A stretch of DNA of 64,000 bases from Alphaproteobacteria bacterium (GTDB lineage Bacteria; Pseudomonadota; Alphaproteobacteria; CACIAM-22H2), in NCBI GenBank assembly GCA_016793165.1, contig JAEULA010000096.1, positions 76,699 through 140,698 of the forward strand, in the 5' to 3' direction. Positions 27,142 through 35,994 of the stretch are shown here, in pieces. Numbering within the stretch: position 1 is the first letter of the stretch; every line of letters starts with the position of its first letter. The position numbers were made by a program, and so were the translations under genes. The notes beneath the pieces are model-generated. The model saw only the letters and a program-made list of their open reading frames with translations. It ran no database searches and was not told where the DNA came from.

Positions 27142-28255
27142 GAGCGCGATGCTCGAGGTGGCCTTGCGGCAGACGAGCCCGATCCCGCTCGACGTGCGAT
27201 TCACCTGCGCCCGGCGCGAGCTGATCGCCCTCGTCGGACCGTCCGGCGCGGGCAAGACCTCGGTCCTGCGCGCGATCGCGGGGCTCGTGCGGATCCGCGC
27301 CGGACGGATCGCCGTCGGCGGCGAGACCTGGCTGGACCCGGCAGGCGCAATCGACGTCCCGCCGCATCGCCGCGAGGTCGGCTTCGTCTTCCAGAGCTAC
27401 GCCTTGTTCCCGCACATGTCGGCGCTGGGCAACGTGGCGGCGGCGCTCGGCCACCTGCCGTCCGCGGCGCGCCATGCCGAGGCGCGCGACTGGCTGCGCC
27501 GGATGCATCTCGAGGGCCTCGAGGACCGCAGGCCGGGCGCGCTGTCGGGCGGCCAGCAGCAGCGCGTCGCGATGGCGCGCGCGCTCGCGCGGCGGCCCAA
27601 GGTGCTGCTGCTCGACGAGCCCTTCGCGGCGGTCGACAAGGTGACACGGCGCAAGCTCTATGCCGAGCTCGCCGAGCTGCGCAGCACCCTCGACATCCCC
27701 TGCGTGCTGGTGACCCACGATCTCGACGAGGCGGCGATGCTCGCCGACCGGATGGCGATCCTGCGGCGCGGCGCCACGATCCAGCTCGGCACGCCCGAGG
27801 ACGTCATGCGTCGGCCGGCGAGCGTCGACGTGGCGCGGCTCATCGACCTGCGCAACATCTTCGCCGGGCGCCTCGTCGCCCACGAGCCCGAGAAGGCGCT
27901 CAGCAGGCTGGAGTGGGCCGGCGCGACGCTGGAGACCGCGCACCGGCCGGACATCGCACCCGGCACGCCGGTCACCTGGTGCATTCCGCCCTCCGACATC
28001 GTGCTGCACCGGCGCGACCGCCCGTCGCGCGGCGAGCGCGAGAATCCCGTGCGCGGCAGCATCTTGCAGGCGCTGCGCCTCGGCGACACGACGCTGGTCG
28101 CGCTGCGGCCCGACACCGCGCCGTCGGCGACGCTGTACCTGTCGATCCCCTCGCACGTCGCCATGCGCAACGGCCTGCAGCCGGGCACGGCGGTCGGCGT
28201 CTCGCTGCTCGCCGGCGGCATCCATCTGATGCCATGGGATCCGACCTTCGCATGA
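27134..28255 (+). CDS. modC: Molybdate ABC transporter ATP-binding protein with a C-terminal TOBE-like domain.
   Basis: Walker [10 protein letters not shown], signature LSGGQQQRV, Walker B LLLDEP, and a ~130-aa C-terminal extension. 8-nt overlap with modB. Confidence 0.85.
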   Translation: MAESAMLEVALRQTSPIPLDVRFTCARRELIALVGPSGAGKTSVLRAIAGLVRIRAGRIAVGGETWLDPAGAIDVPPHRREVGFVFQSYALFPHMSALGNVAAALGHLPSAARHAEARDWLRRMHLEGLEDRRPGALSGGQQQRVAMARALARRPKVLLLDEPFAAVDKVTRRKLYAELAELRSTLDIPCVLVTHDLDEAAMLADRMAILRRGATIQLGTPEDVMRRPASVDVARLIDLRNIFAGRLVAHEPEKALSRLEWAGATLETAHRPDIAPGTPVTWCIPPSDIVLHRRDRPSRGERENPVRGSILQALRLGDTTLVALRPDTAPSATLYLSIPSHVAMRNGLQPGTAVGVSLLAGGIHLMPWDPTFA

Positions 28256-28932
28256 CGACCGCACCCGATCCGCTCGCGCCCTTCCCCAAGCTTGCCGCGC
28301 TCGAGCCCGAGGCCCGCGCCGCGCTCGTCGCGGCCGCCCAGCCGATCTCCGCGCCGGCCGGCGCGGTGCTGTTCCGCCCGGGCGACGCCTGCGAGCGCTT
28401 CGTGATGCTGCGCGCCGGCACCGTGCGCGTGCAGCTGCTGTCCGACACCGGGCACGAGATCGTGCTCTACCGCGTCCGCCCCGGCGAGACCTGCGTGATC
28501 ACCACCTCGTGCCTGATCGCGCACGACGCCTACAGCGCGGAGGGCATCGCGGACGGTCCGGTCGACGCGCTGGTCGTGCCGATGGCGGTGTTCGAGTCTC
28601 TGCTCGCGACCTCGCCGGTATTCCGCGGCTTCGTGATGGGCGCGTTCGGCACGCGGCTCGCCGAGCTCATGCACCGGATCGACGACGTCGCCTTCCGGCC
28701 GATCGACGCGCGGCTCGCGGCCCGGCTGCTGGCGAGCGCGGGCGACGAGGTCGCGACGACGCATCAGGCGCTCGCGATCGAGCTCGGCACCGCGCGCGAG
28801 GTGATCAGCCGGCGGCTGAAGCTGTTCGAGCGCGACGGGCTCGTCGCGCTGGGCCGCGGCACGGTCGAGCTGCGCGATCGCGAGGGGCTGCGGCGCGTTG
28901 CCGCGGCCGGCGGTGTGCCGCCGCCAGCGTGA
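28252..28932 (+). CDS. Crp/Fnr family transcriptional regulator.
   Basis: 226 aa. A cNMP-binding-like beta-roll (FRPGDACERFVMLRAGTVRV) and a C-terminal HTH (THQALAIELGTAREVISRRLKLFERDGLV). ATGA overlap with modC. Confidence 0.8.
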   Translation: MTTAPDPLAPFPKLAALEPEARAALVAAAQPISAPAGAVLFRPGDACERFVMLRAGTVRVQLLSDTGHEIVLYRVRPGETCVITTSCLIAHDAYSAEGIADGPVDALVVPMAVFESLLATSPVFRGFVMGAFGTRLAELMHRIDDVAFRPIDARLAARLLASAGDEVATTHQALAIELGTAREVISRRLKLFERDGLVALGRGTVELRDREGLRRVAAAGGVPPPA

Positions 28933-29035
28933 CGAAGTCACGGAGCCGCGGGCAGCCGCGTGCTCCTCTCCTCCTGCGCGCGGATCCCCTGTCGAGGCGA
29001 CCGCGCCCGTCGGAACGCCAAGGAGGAGTGCATCC

Positions 29036-29236
29036 ATGTCTCGCAATGTCGGAACCATCGACCGCGTGCTGCGCGTCGTCGTCGGCCTCGCCCTGATCGG
29101 ACTCGCCGCGACAGGCAAGATCGGCGTCTGGGGCTGGATCGGCGTCGTGCCCGTGCTCACCGCGCTGGTCGGCTTCTGCCCGGCCTACACGCTGCTCGGC
29201 CTGACGACCTGCCCGCTCACCGGCCGCAAGACCTGA
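29036..29236 (+). CDS. DUF2892 (YgaP-like) small membrane protein.
   Basis: 66 aa. MSRNVGTIDRVLRVVVGLALIGLA...FCPAYTLLG is the characteristic two-helix DUF2892 pattern. Strong AAGGAGGA SD. Confidence 0.75.
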   Translation: MSRNVGTIDRVLRVVVGLALIGLAATGKIGVWGWIGVVPVLTALVGFCPAYTLLGLTTCPLTGRKT

Positions 29237-29247
29237 CGGGCGCTCGG

Positions 29248-29283
29248 CTGCCCGCGCGCCGCGCTCGCGCGGCGGGCGGGCAG
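29248..29283 (+). other. GC-rich intercistronic stem-loop (16-bp stem with one mismatch, loop CTCG).
   Basis: CTGCCCGCGCGCCGCG-CTCG-CGCGGCGGGCGGGCAG, between the DUF2892 gene and the first yeeE-like gene. No U-tract follows. Confidence 0.5.
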
Positions 29284-29306
29284 CGCGTCCAATCCGGAGT
29301 CACTCC

Positions 29307-29822
29307 ATGAACGCTCTCAAGGCGCGCGCCTGGTCGCCCTATGCGGCCGGTGCCGTGATCGGCCTCCTGCAGATCCCGGCCTTCCTTCTGCTCGGCACCG
29401 CGCTCGGCGCCTCGTCGTCCTACGTCACCGTCGCCGGCACGATCGCCGCGATCTTCGATCCGGCGATCGAGCGGATCGACTACGTCGCCAGGCACCTCGC
29501 CGGCGCGAAGAACTGGTGGCAGGTCGCGCTGGTCGTCGGCATCGCGCTCGGCGCGATGCTGTCGGCGCGGTGGAGCGGGACCGCGCGCCACGGCGTGGCG
29601 CCGGTCTGGCATGCGATGCTCGGGCCCGAGGCGGCGAGACGGCGCCCTGCGATGGCCTTCGCCGGCGGCTTCCTGATGGTGTTCGGCGCGCGCATCGCCG
29701 ACGGCTGCACCAGCGGCCACGGCATCTCGGGCATGGCCCAGCTGGCGGTGGGCTCGACCATCGCCGTCGCCGCCATGTTCGCCGGCGGCATCGCCGCCGC
29801 GGCCGTCATGCCACGGCGCTGA
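29307..29822 (+). CDS. YeeE/YedE family sulfur-compound transporter, half-size subunit.
   Basis: 171 aa. The motif GARIADGCTSGHG is the conserved Cys loop of the YeeE/YedE (sulphur transport) family. Confidence 0.75.
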   Translation: MNALKARAWSPYAAGAVIGLLQIPAFLLLGTALGASSSYVTVAGTIAAIFDPAIERIDYVARHLAGAKNWWQVALVVGIALGAMLSARWSGTARHGVAPVWHAMLGPEAARRRPAMAFAGGFLMVFGARIADGCTSGHGISGMAQLAVGSTIAVAAMFAGGIAAAAVMPRR

Positions 29823-29848
29823 GACGCGACCCCACAGGAGACACCGTC

Positions 29849-30460
29849 ATGTCCGTCCTCAATGCCGTCATCCTCGGCCTCGCCATGGGCGCCGCCTTCG
29901 GCATCGCGCTCGAGAAGTCGCGGGTGTTCGAACCCGGGATCATCGTGGGGCAGATGCGCCTCACCAATTTCCTGATGCTGCGGATCTTCCTCACCGCGGT
30001 CGCGGTCGGCGCCGTCGTGCTTGCCGTGCTGACCAGCTACGCCGGCGTGAAGCTGGTGCCGAAGGCGACGCTTTACGCCGCCGACATTCTCGGCGGCGTG
30101 ATCCTCGGGATCGGCATCGCGATGGCGGGCGCCTGCCCCGGCACCGTTCTCGCGCAGGTGGGCGCCGGCTACCGCGACGCCTGGTTCACCCTGGGCGGCG
30201 GGCTGGTGGGCGCGCTCGCCTTCTCCTACCTGGAGCCGTCACTCAAGCCGCATCTGTTCGTCGACGGGCCGGGCAAGCTCACCTTCGACCGCCTGCTCGA
30301 CGTCGGCTATGCGCCCGTGGCGCTGGGGTTTGCCGCGACCCTCGCGCTCGCCCTCTACGGCCTCGAGGCCTGGCGGCCCTGGCGGCAGGAGCTCGGCCCC
30401 GAGGCCGATGGCCGGACCGAGCCGCCGGTCGCGCCGGCGGCACCCGCCGTCGCCGCCTGA
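29849..30460 (+). CDS. YeeE/YedE family sulfur-compound transporter, second half-size subunit.
   Basis: 203 aa from MSVLNAVILGLAMGAAFGIALEKSR, with GIAMAGACPG. It is the in-frame tail of track ORF 29516..30460. Confidence 0.7.
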   Translation: MSVLNAVILGLAMGAAFGIALEKSRVFEPGIIVGQMRLTNFLMLRIFLTAVAVGAVVLAVLTSYAGVKLVPKATLYAADILGGVILGIGIAMAGACPGTVLAQVGAGYRDAWFTLGGGLVGALAFSYLEPSLKPHLFVDGPGKLTFDRLLDVGYAPVALGFAATLALALYGLEAWRPWRQELGPEADGRTEPPVAPAAPAVAA

Positions 30461-30570
30461 CCTGGGGGCGCGGCGCGCTTCCGGCGGGTCCGGACCCTGG
30501 TGTAGCCTTCCTCGAAGCTCGGCTCTCAGAAGCCGGGCTCAACGAGGCTTCACCAGGGAGGTTCAGGCGC

Positions 30571-31884
30571 ATGCGCTCTAGGAAACTCGCCGCCGCTTTG
30601 ACCGGCGCTGCATTGTTCGCCGCCGTGCCGGCAGTCGCGCAGGAGCAGTTCGTGCCGCTGCTCGTCTACCGCTCGGGCGCCTACGCGCCCAACGGCATCC
30701 CGTTCGCCAACGGCGTCGCCGACTACATGGCCCTCATCAACGAGCGCGACGGGGGCGTCAATGGCGTGAAGCTGGCCTACGAGGAATGCGATACCGCCTA
30801 TCAGACGGATCGCGGCGTCGAGTGCTACGAGCGCCTCAAGGGCAAGGGCGCGCCGACCGCCAGCTCGTTCGCGCCGCTGTCCACGGGCATCACCTTCGCC
30901 CTCACCGAGAAGGCGCCCGGCGACAAGATCCCGCTGCTGACCATGGGCTACGGCCGCTCCGAATCCGCCGACGGCCGCGTGTTCCAGTGGAACTTCCCGC
31001 TGCTCGGCACCTACTGGTCGGCGGCCGACATCATCATCCAGCACCTCGGCGCCGTGAACGGCGGCCTCGACAAGCTGAAGGACAAGAAGATCGCGCTCGT
31101 CTACCACGACAGCCCGTACGGCCGCGAACCGATCCCGCTGCTGGAGCGCCGCGCGCAGATGCACGGCTACCAGTTGAGCAAGCTGCCGGTGACGGCACCC
31201 GGAATCGAGCAGAAGGCCGTGTGGCTGCAGGTCCGCCAGCAGCGCCCGGACTACGTGCTGCTCTGGGGCTGGGGGATCATGAACTCGACCGCGATCAAGG
31301 AAGCCGTCGCGGTCGGCTATCCGCGCGAGAAGATGTTCGGCGTGTGGTGGTCGGGCGCCGAGCCCGACGTCCTTCCCGCCGGCGTCGGTGCCAAGGGCTA
31401 CAACGCGCTGGCGATGAATCCCGCCGGCAAGGGCTTCAAGGTGCACCAGGACATCGCGCAGCACGTCTACGCGAAGAACAAGGGCGCCGGCCCCGAGTCG
31501 ATGGTGGGCGAGGTGCTCTACAATCGCGGCGTGATCGACGGCATGCTGCGCGTCGAGGCGATCCGCACGGCGATGGCCCGGTTCGGCAACAAGCCGATGG
31601 CGGGCGAGCAGGTCCGCTGGGGCTTCGAGAACCTGAACCTCGACGCCGCCCGGCTGCGGGCGCTGGGCTTCGAGGGGCTGATGACGCCGATCAAGGTCAG
31701 CTGCGAGGACCACGAGGGATCGCGCAAGGCGCGCATCCACCAGTGGGACGGCACCAAGTGGGTGTTCAAGTCGGACTGGATCGAGGCCGACAACAAGCTC
31801 CTGCGGCCGATGGTCGACGCCGCCGCGGCGAAGTACGCGGAGGAGAAGAAGATCACGCCGAGCAAGTGCGGCGCGAGCAGCTGA
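30571..31884 (+). CDS. ABC transporter substrate-binding protein, Liv (branched-chain amino acid / Peripla_BP_6) type.
   Basis: 437 aa. Signal peptide (AALFAAVPAVAQE), then the YRSGAYAPNGIPFANG...INERDGGVNGVKL pattern of type I SBPs. AGGGAGG SD. Confidence 0.8.
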   Translation: MRSRKLAAALTGAALFAAVPAVAQEQFVPLLVYRSGAYAPNGIPFANGVADYMALINERDGGVNGVKLAYEECDTAYQTDRGVECYERLKGKGAPTASSFAPLSTGITFALTEKAPGDKIPLLTMGYGRSESADGRVFQWNFPLLGTYWSAADIIIQHLGAVNGGLDKLKDKKIALVYHDSPYGREPIPLLERRAQMHGYQLSKLPVTAPGIEQKAVWLQVRQQRPDYVLLWGWGIMNSTAIKEAVAVGYPREKMFGVWWSGAEPDVLPAGVGAKGYNALAMNPAGKGFKVHQDIAQHVYAKNKGAGPESMVGEVLYNRGVIDGMLRVEAIRTAMARFGNKPMAGEQVRWGFENLNLDAARLRALGFEGLMTPIKVSCEDHEGSRKARIHQWDGTKWVFKSDWIEADNKLLRPMVDAAAAKYAEEKKITPSKCGASS

Positions 31885-31901
31885 GGCACCGGAACTGAAG
31901 G

Positions 31902-31931
31902 CCGGGACCGGCGCAGGCGCGCCGGTCCCGG
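31902..31931 (+). other. Perfect 13-bp GC-rich stem-loop between the SBP and ATPase genes.
   Basis: CCGGGACCGGCGC-AGGC-GCGCCGGTCCCGG, starting 18 nt after the SBP stop. No U-tract follows. Confidence 0.55.
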
Positions 31932-31961
31932 TCGATCCCGAACCGCCCCCGATCCGCGCCC

Positions 31962-32828
31962 ATGCCAGCCCCGTCCCCGACTCCGGGTGCCGCCGCCCCG
32001 CGCGGCGCGGCCGCCACGCTCGGCGTGCCCGCGCTGCTCGCGGTCAAGAACATCGAGGTCATCTACAACCATGTCATCCTCGTGCTGAAGGGGGTGAGCC
32101 TCGAGCTGCCGCAGGGCGCGGTCGTGGCGCTGCTCGGCGCCAACGGCGCCGGCAAGACCACGACGCTCAAGGCGATCTCAAACCTGCTCAAGGCCGAGCG
32201 CGGCGACGTCACCAAGGGCTCGATCGAATACAAGGGCGAGCGCATCGACCGGCTCACCGCCAACGATCTCGTGAAGCGCGGCGTGATCCAGGTCATGGAA
32301 GGCCGCCACATCTTCGGGCATCTGACGGTCGAGGAGAACCTCCTCACCGGCGCGTACACGCGCAACGACGGCCGCGCCGCGATCGCGCGCGACCTCGAGA
32401 TGGTCTACGGCTACTTCCCGCGCCTGAAGGAGCGTCGCGGCAGCCAGGCCGGCTACACCTCGGGCGGCGAGCAGCAGATGGCCGCGATCGGGCGCGCGCT
32501 GATGAGCCGGCCGAGCACGATCCTTCTCGACGAACCCTCGATGGGCCTGGCGCCGCAGCTGGTCGAGGAGATCTTCGAGATCGTGAAGCAGCTCAACCGC
32601 GAGCAGAAGGTCAGCTTCCTGCTCGCCGAGCAGAACACCAACATCGCGCTGCGCTATGCGCATTACGGCTACATCCTGGAGAACGGCCGCGTCGTGCTCG
32701 ACGGCTCGGCCGACAGCCTGCGCGGCAACGAGGACGTGAAGGAGTTCTACCTCGGTGTCTCCGCCGCAGGTCGCAAGAGCTTCCGCGACGTCAAGCACTA
32801 CAAGCGCCGCAAGCGCTGGCTCGCCTGA
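31962..32828 (+). CDS. LivF-type ABC transporter ATP-binding protein.
   Basis: Walker A GANGAGKTT, signature TSGGEQQMAAIGRAL, Walker B ILLDEPS, and a basic C-terminal tail (KHYKRRKRWLA). Confidence 0.85.
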   Translation: MPAPSPTPGAAAPRGAAATLGVPALLAVKNIEVIYNHVILVLKGVSLELPQGAVVALLGANGAGKTTTLKAISNLLKAERGDVTKGSIEYKGERIDRLTANDLVKRGVIQVMEGRHIFGHLTVEENLLTGAYTRNDGRAAIARDLEMVYGYFPRLKERRGSQAGYTSGGEQQMAAIGRALMSRPSTILLDEPSMGLAPQLVEEIFEIVKQLNREQKVSFLLAEQNTNIALRYAHYGYILENGRVVLDGSADSLRGNEDVKEFYLGVSAAGRKSFRDVKHYKRRKRWLA

Positions 32829-32858
32829 CCCGGTCCGGCGCGGCTCGCCGCGGCCGCG

Positions 32859-33824
32859 TCAGAGGACGAAGGTCCGGTGTCGCACCGATGCGCTCGCCAG
32901 CGCCCAGAAGATCGCCGCGGCGCGCGGCAATCCGAGCGCGATGCGGGCGAGCCGCAGGACCGGATTGCCGAAGCGGCCGCCGTTGTGCCAGCGGACGACG
33001 ACATAGGGCAGGATCGCGAGCAGCGCCGCCGGATGCAGCGCCAGCGCCGCGACCGCCGCGACCACCGCCAGCGCGAATGCCGCGGTCTCCGGCGACAGAA
33101 AGCAGCCGAGCCAGAGCTCGCCGCGCAGTTCGGGGAACTTGCGAACGAGCTCGGGCCAGACGCCGAGGCGCAACGGCTCCTTGAGCCAGGCGAGCAGCGG
33201 CGCGGCGAAGACCTCGTGATGGACCAGCGCCGCGGGCGCGAAGCCGCGCCGCCATCCCCGGCGCAGCACCTTCCAGCCGAGATCGGTGTCCTCGCCGTAC
33301 CAGCGTCCGTGATACTCGGGCGAGAAGCCGCCGACGCCGAGGATGGCCTCGCGGCGATAGAAGATGTTGCAGGTCTCGAAATACGGCGTGGCGTCGCGGA
33401 TCTCGATCGTCTTCTCGAGGAAGCGCCGCGGCTGGTCGGGGCGCGGGAGCGTGCAGCCCTGCACGACCCCGATCCCGTCCGCGAAGCCGGCAACGCCTGC
33501 CGACAGCCAGTCCGCCGTCGCCTCGCAGTCGTCGTCGGTGAAGGCGAAGATCCCGCCGGTCGCCTCGCCGAGGGCGAAGTGCCGCGAGTCCGTCGGCGCC
33601 GCATAATCCTTGCGCCAGTAGCGCAGCGCGACGGGCGCCCCGGCCGCCAGCGCCGCGACCGCCTCCTCCGTGCCGTCGGGCGTCCAGTTGTGGATGACCA
33701 GGATCTCGAATCGGTCCTTCGGATAGGTCTGCGCGAAGAGCGAGCGCAGCAGGCGCAGCAGCATCTCGCGCCGCCCGCGCGTCGGCACGATCACGGAGAC
33801 GAAGGGCGGCAACGCGGTCGTCAT
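32859..33824 (-). CDS. GT2 family glycosyltransferase with a C-terminal membrane extension.
   Basis: 321 aa. VSVIVPTRGRREML...FTDDDC...CNIFYRR...DTDLGWK. ATGA overlap with the upstream GT4. Last gene of the long EPS operon. Confidence 0.8.
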   Translation of the reverse strand: MTTALPPFVSVIVPTRGRREMLLRLLRSLFAQTYPKDRFEILVIHNWTPDGTEEAVAALAAGAPVALRYWRKDYAAPTDSRHFALGEATGGIFAFTDDDCEATADWLSAGVAGFADGIGVVQGCTLPRPDQPRRFLEKTIEIRDATPYFETCNIFYRREAILGVGGFSPEYHGRWYGEDTDLGWKVLRRGWRRGFAPAALVHHEVFAAPLLAWLKEPLRLGVWPELVRKFPELRGELWLGCFLSPETAAFALAVVAAVAALALHPAALLAILPYVVVRWHNGGRFGNPVLRLARIALGLPRAAAIFWALASASVRHRTFVL

Positions 33825-34948
33825 TCGTGCAGGGCCGCATAGCGCGGCCCGAGCGCGGCCCAGCCGAAGCCGGCCGCATGCGCGCGGCATCGCGCGCTCG
33901 TCTCGGGGTCGCGCGCAAGGTCGAGCGCCTCGCCCAGCGCGACGACCAGGCCCGCGACGTTGTCCGACTCGCCGCGCAGGCGGCCCGGGGCGAACAGCCG
34001 CCCGATGCGGCGGTCGGAGACGACGTCGGGGATTCCGCCGTGATCGCAGCCGACCACCGGCGTGCCGGCCGCCAATGCCTCGACGAGCACCATGCCGAAG
34101 GCTTCCCAGATCGCCGGCAACGCCAGCACGGCGGCCTCGGCATAGATGCGCGGCAGGTCGGCGACGTTGCCGGGGCCGAGGAACCGGATCGCGGCGTGCG
34201 CATCGGGATCGGCGGCGGCGAGGATGCGCTGGCGGGTCGCGTCCGACGCCGCGCCGGAGAAGGTGAGCGTCGCCGCCGGGACGTCGCGACGGAGAACGCC
34301 GAAGGCGCGCGCCAGGAGCGCCGCGCCCTTGCGCTCTTCGTCGGCCGAGCCCGAGAACAGGATGTCGTTGGCCGGCGGCGGCTTGGGCTGCGCGGTGAAG
34401 AGATCGATCGATGCCGGCGGCGGCAGGATGACTCCCTCGCGTCCCCAGTCGCGCCGCAGCGCCTCGCGCGCGGCCTCGCTGATGACCAGGACCTCGCGCG
34501 CCGCCCGCATCGCGCGGTGGAACATGAGCCACTCCGCCGGGAGCCGACGGAAATAGGCGCGCGCCGGGATGCCGACGCAATGCAGCACGAAGCGCGGCCG
34601 GCCGGCCGCGCGCGCCGCCGCGAAGCCGTCGAAATGGCTGAGGCAATGGATCGAGTCGAATCCGTCCCCCAGCACCGACGCGGCGCGGAAGCCGAAGCCG
34701 ATCTTCGCGTCGAAGAAACCGGGCCAATTCGGCCCGCGATGCTGCGGCACGACCCGGGCCGCGACGCCGTCGGGCGTCACCACGCGCGCCGGATCGAGCG
34801 CCGAGACGACCATGCTCACCGCATTGCCGCGCCGCGCCAGATAGCCGGACAGCTCGTTGAGCAGGCGCTCGGACCCGCGGCGGACCTCGGGCCAGCAGAA
34901 AGGATTGGCGATCGCGATGCGGCGCGACGATGCGGCGCTCGAGGTCAT
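33821..34948 (-). CDS. GT4 family glycosyltransferase.
   Basis: 375 aa. The GT-B C-terminal signature EAFGMVLVEALAAGTPVVG. ATGA overlaps on both sides. Confidence 0.8.
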   Translation of the reverse strand: MTSSAASSRRIAIANPFCWPEVRRGSERLLNELSGYLARRGNAVSMVVSALDPARVVTPDGVAARVVPQHRGPNWPGFFDAKIGFGFRAASVLGDGFDSIHCLSHFDGFAAARAAGRPRFVLHCVGIPARAYFRRLPAEWLMFHRAMRAAREVLVISEAAREALRRDWGREGVILPPPASIDLFTAQPKPPPANDILFSGSADEERKGAALLARAFGVLRRDVPAATLTFSGAASDATRQRILAAADPDAHAAIRFLGPGNVADLPRIYAEAAVLALPAIWEAFGMVLVEALAAGTPVVGCDHGGIPDVVSDRRIGRLFAPGRLRGESDNVAGLVVALGEALDLARDPETSARCRAHAAGFGWAALGPRYAALHE

Positions 34949-35994
34949 CGCGGCAGCACCCGGTCGTCGGCGACCATCGGGGCCGTCTCGGCGCCCGGAA
35001 TGACCCGGCGGCGCAGGCCGCCGAGGGCCCGCGACGGCAGCCAGCGGCGATCGAGCAGGCGATCGACGGTCGACTCCGGGACGCGCCGCCCGGACTGCGT
35101 CGCCCGGCGCAGGGCCAGCGTCGCCCCGAGATTGCGGAGGTTCCACAGCAGGGCGCGGAGCTTCGCGCGACGGGGCGTGCGAACGGCCATGTCGAGCAGC
35201 GCATAGAGGAGGTAGCCGCCGAGCATCGCGGGCAAGCCGCCGGTGCCGCGATTGCGCAGCACCGATCGCAGGCGGTTCTTGGTGTAGTGGAACACGATCT
35301 GCGGCGAGGAGTGGCCCGCCGCGGTGCCGGTCCGGTGCCTGCAGGCGAGGTCCGGGCGCACGACCGCGCGCCAGCCCGCGAGGCAGGCCCGCCAGCCGAA
35401 ATCGGAATCCTCGTAGCCGTAGAAGAACTCCGCGTCGAAGCCGCCCGTCGCCTCGAGCGTCTCGCGTCGGACCAGGCACGCGGTGCAGTTGATCCAGAGC
35501 CGGTCGGCCGGCGCGTCGGCGCTCGCGGCCGGCTCGCCCTCCAGCGCATCCCAGCCCAGGCCGATCGCGCTGAGCTCGCCGCCATAGGCGTTCAGGCGAT
35601 CGGGCTCATGGTCGTAGAGCACCTTGCCGCCCACGAGTCCGATCGTGGGGTCCGCCTCGAGGGCGGCGACGGCGTTGGCCAGCCAGCGGGCCTCCAGCGT
35701 GACGTCGCTGTCGATGAAGGCGATGTAGAGCGCGCTGCCGCGCGCCGCGCCGACGTTGCGCGCGAAGGCCGGGCCACGCGGCTCGTTCGGGACGTGCACG
35801 ACCCGGAACGGCCAGCGCGACGACTGGGCCGCGAGCATCGCCCCGGTGCCGTCGGTCGAGCCGTTGTCGACGACGTGGACGACCAGGTCGTCCGCCGGCC
35901 AGCCCTGCGCCGCGATCCCGTCGAGCGTCAGGACGAGGTCGTCGCGACGGTTGAACGTCGGAATGACGATGTCGACGCGGCGCGGGCTGTTCAT
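34945..35994 (-). CDS. GT2 family glycosyltransferase.
   Basis: 349 aa. VDIVIPTFNRRDDL...VVDNGSTDGT...FIDSDV...EDSDFGWR. Confidence 0.8.
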   Translation of the reverse strand: MNSPRRVDIVIPTFNRRDDLVLTLDGIAAQGWPADDLVVHVVDNGSTDGTGAMLAAQSSRWPFRVVHVPNEPRGPAFARNVGAARGSALYIAFIDSDVTLEARWLANAVAALEADPTIGLVGGKVLYDHEPDRLNAYGGELSAIGLGWDALEGEPAASADAPADRLWINCTACLVRRETLEATGGFDAEFFYGYEDSDFGWRACLAGWRAVVRPDLACRHRTGTAAGHSSPQIVFHYTKNRLRSVLRNRGTGGLPAMLGGYLLYALLDMAVRTPRRAKLRALLWNLRNLGATLALRRATQSGRRVPESTVDRLLDRRWLPSRALGGLRRRVIPGAETAPMVADDRVLPR

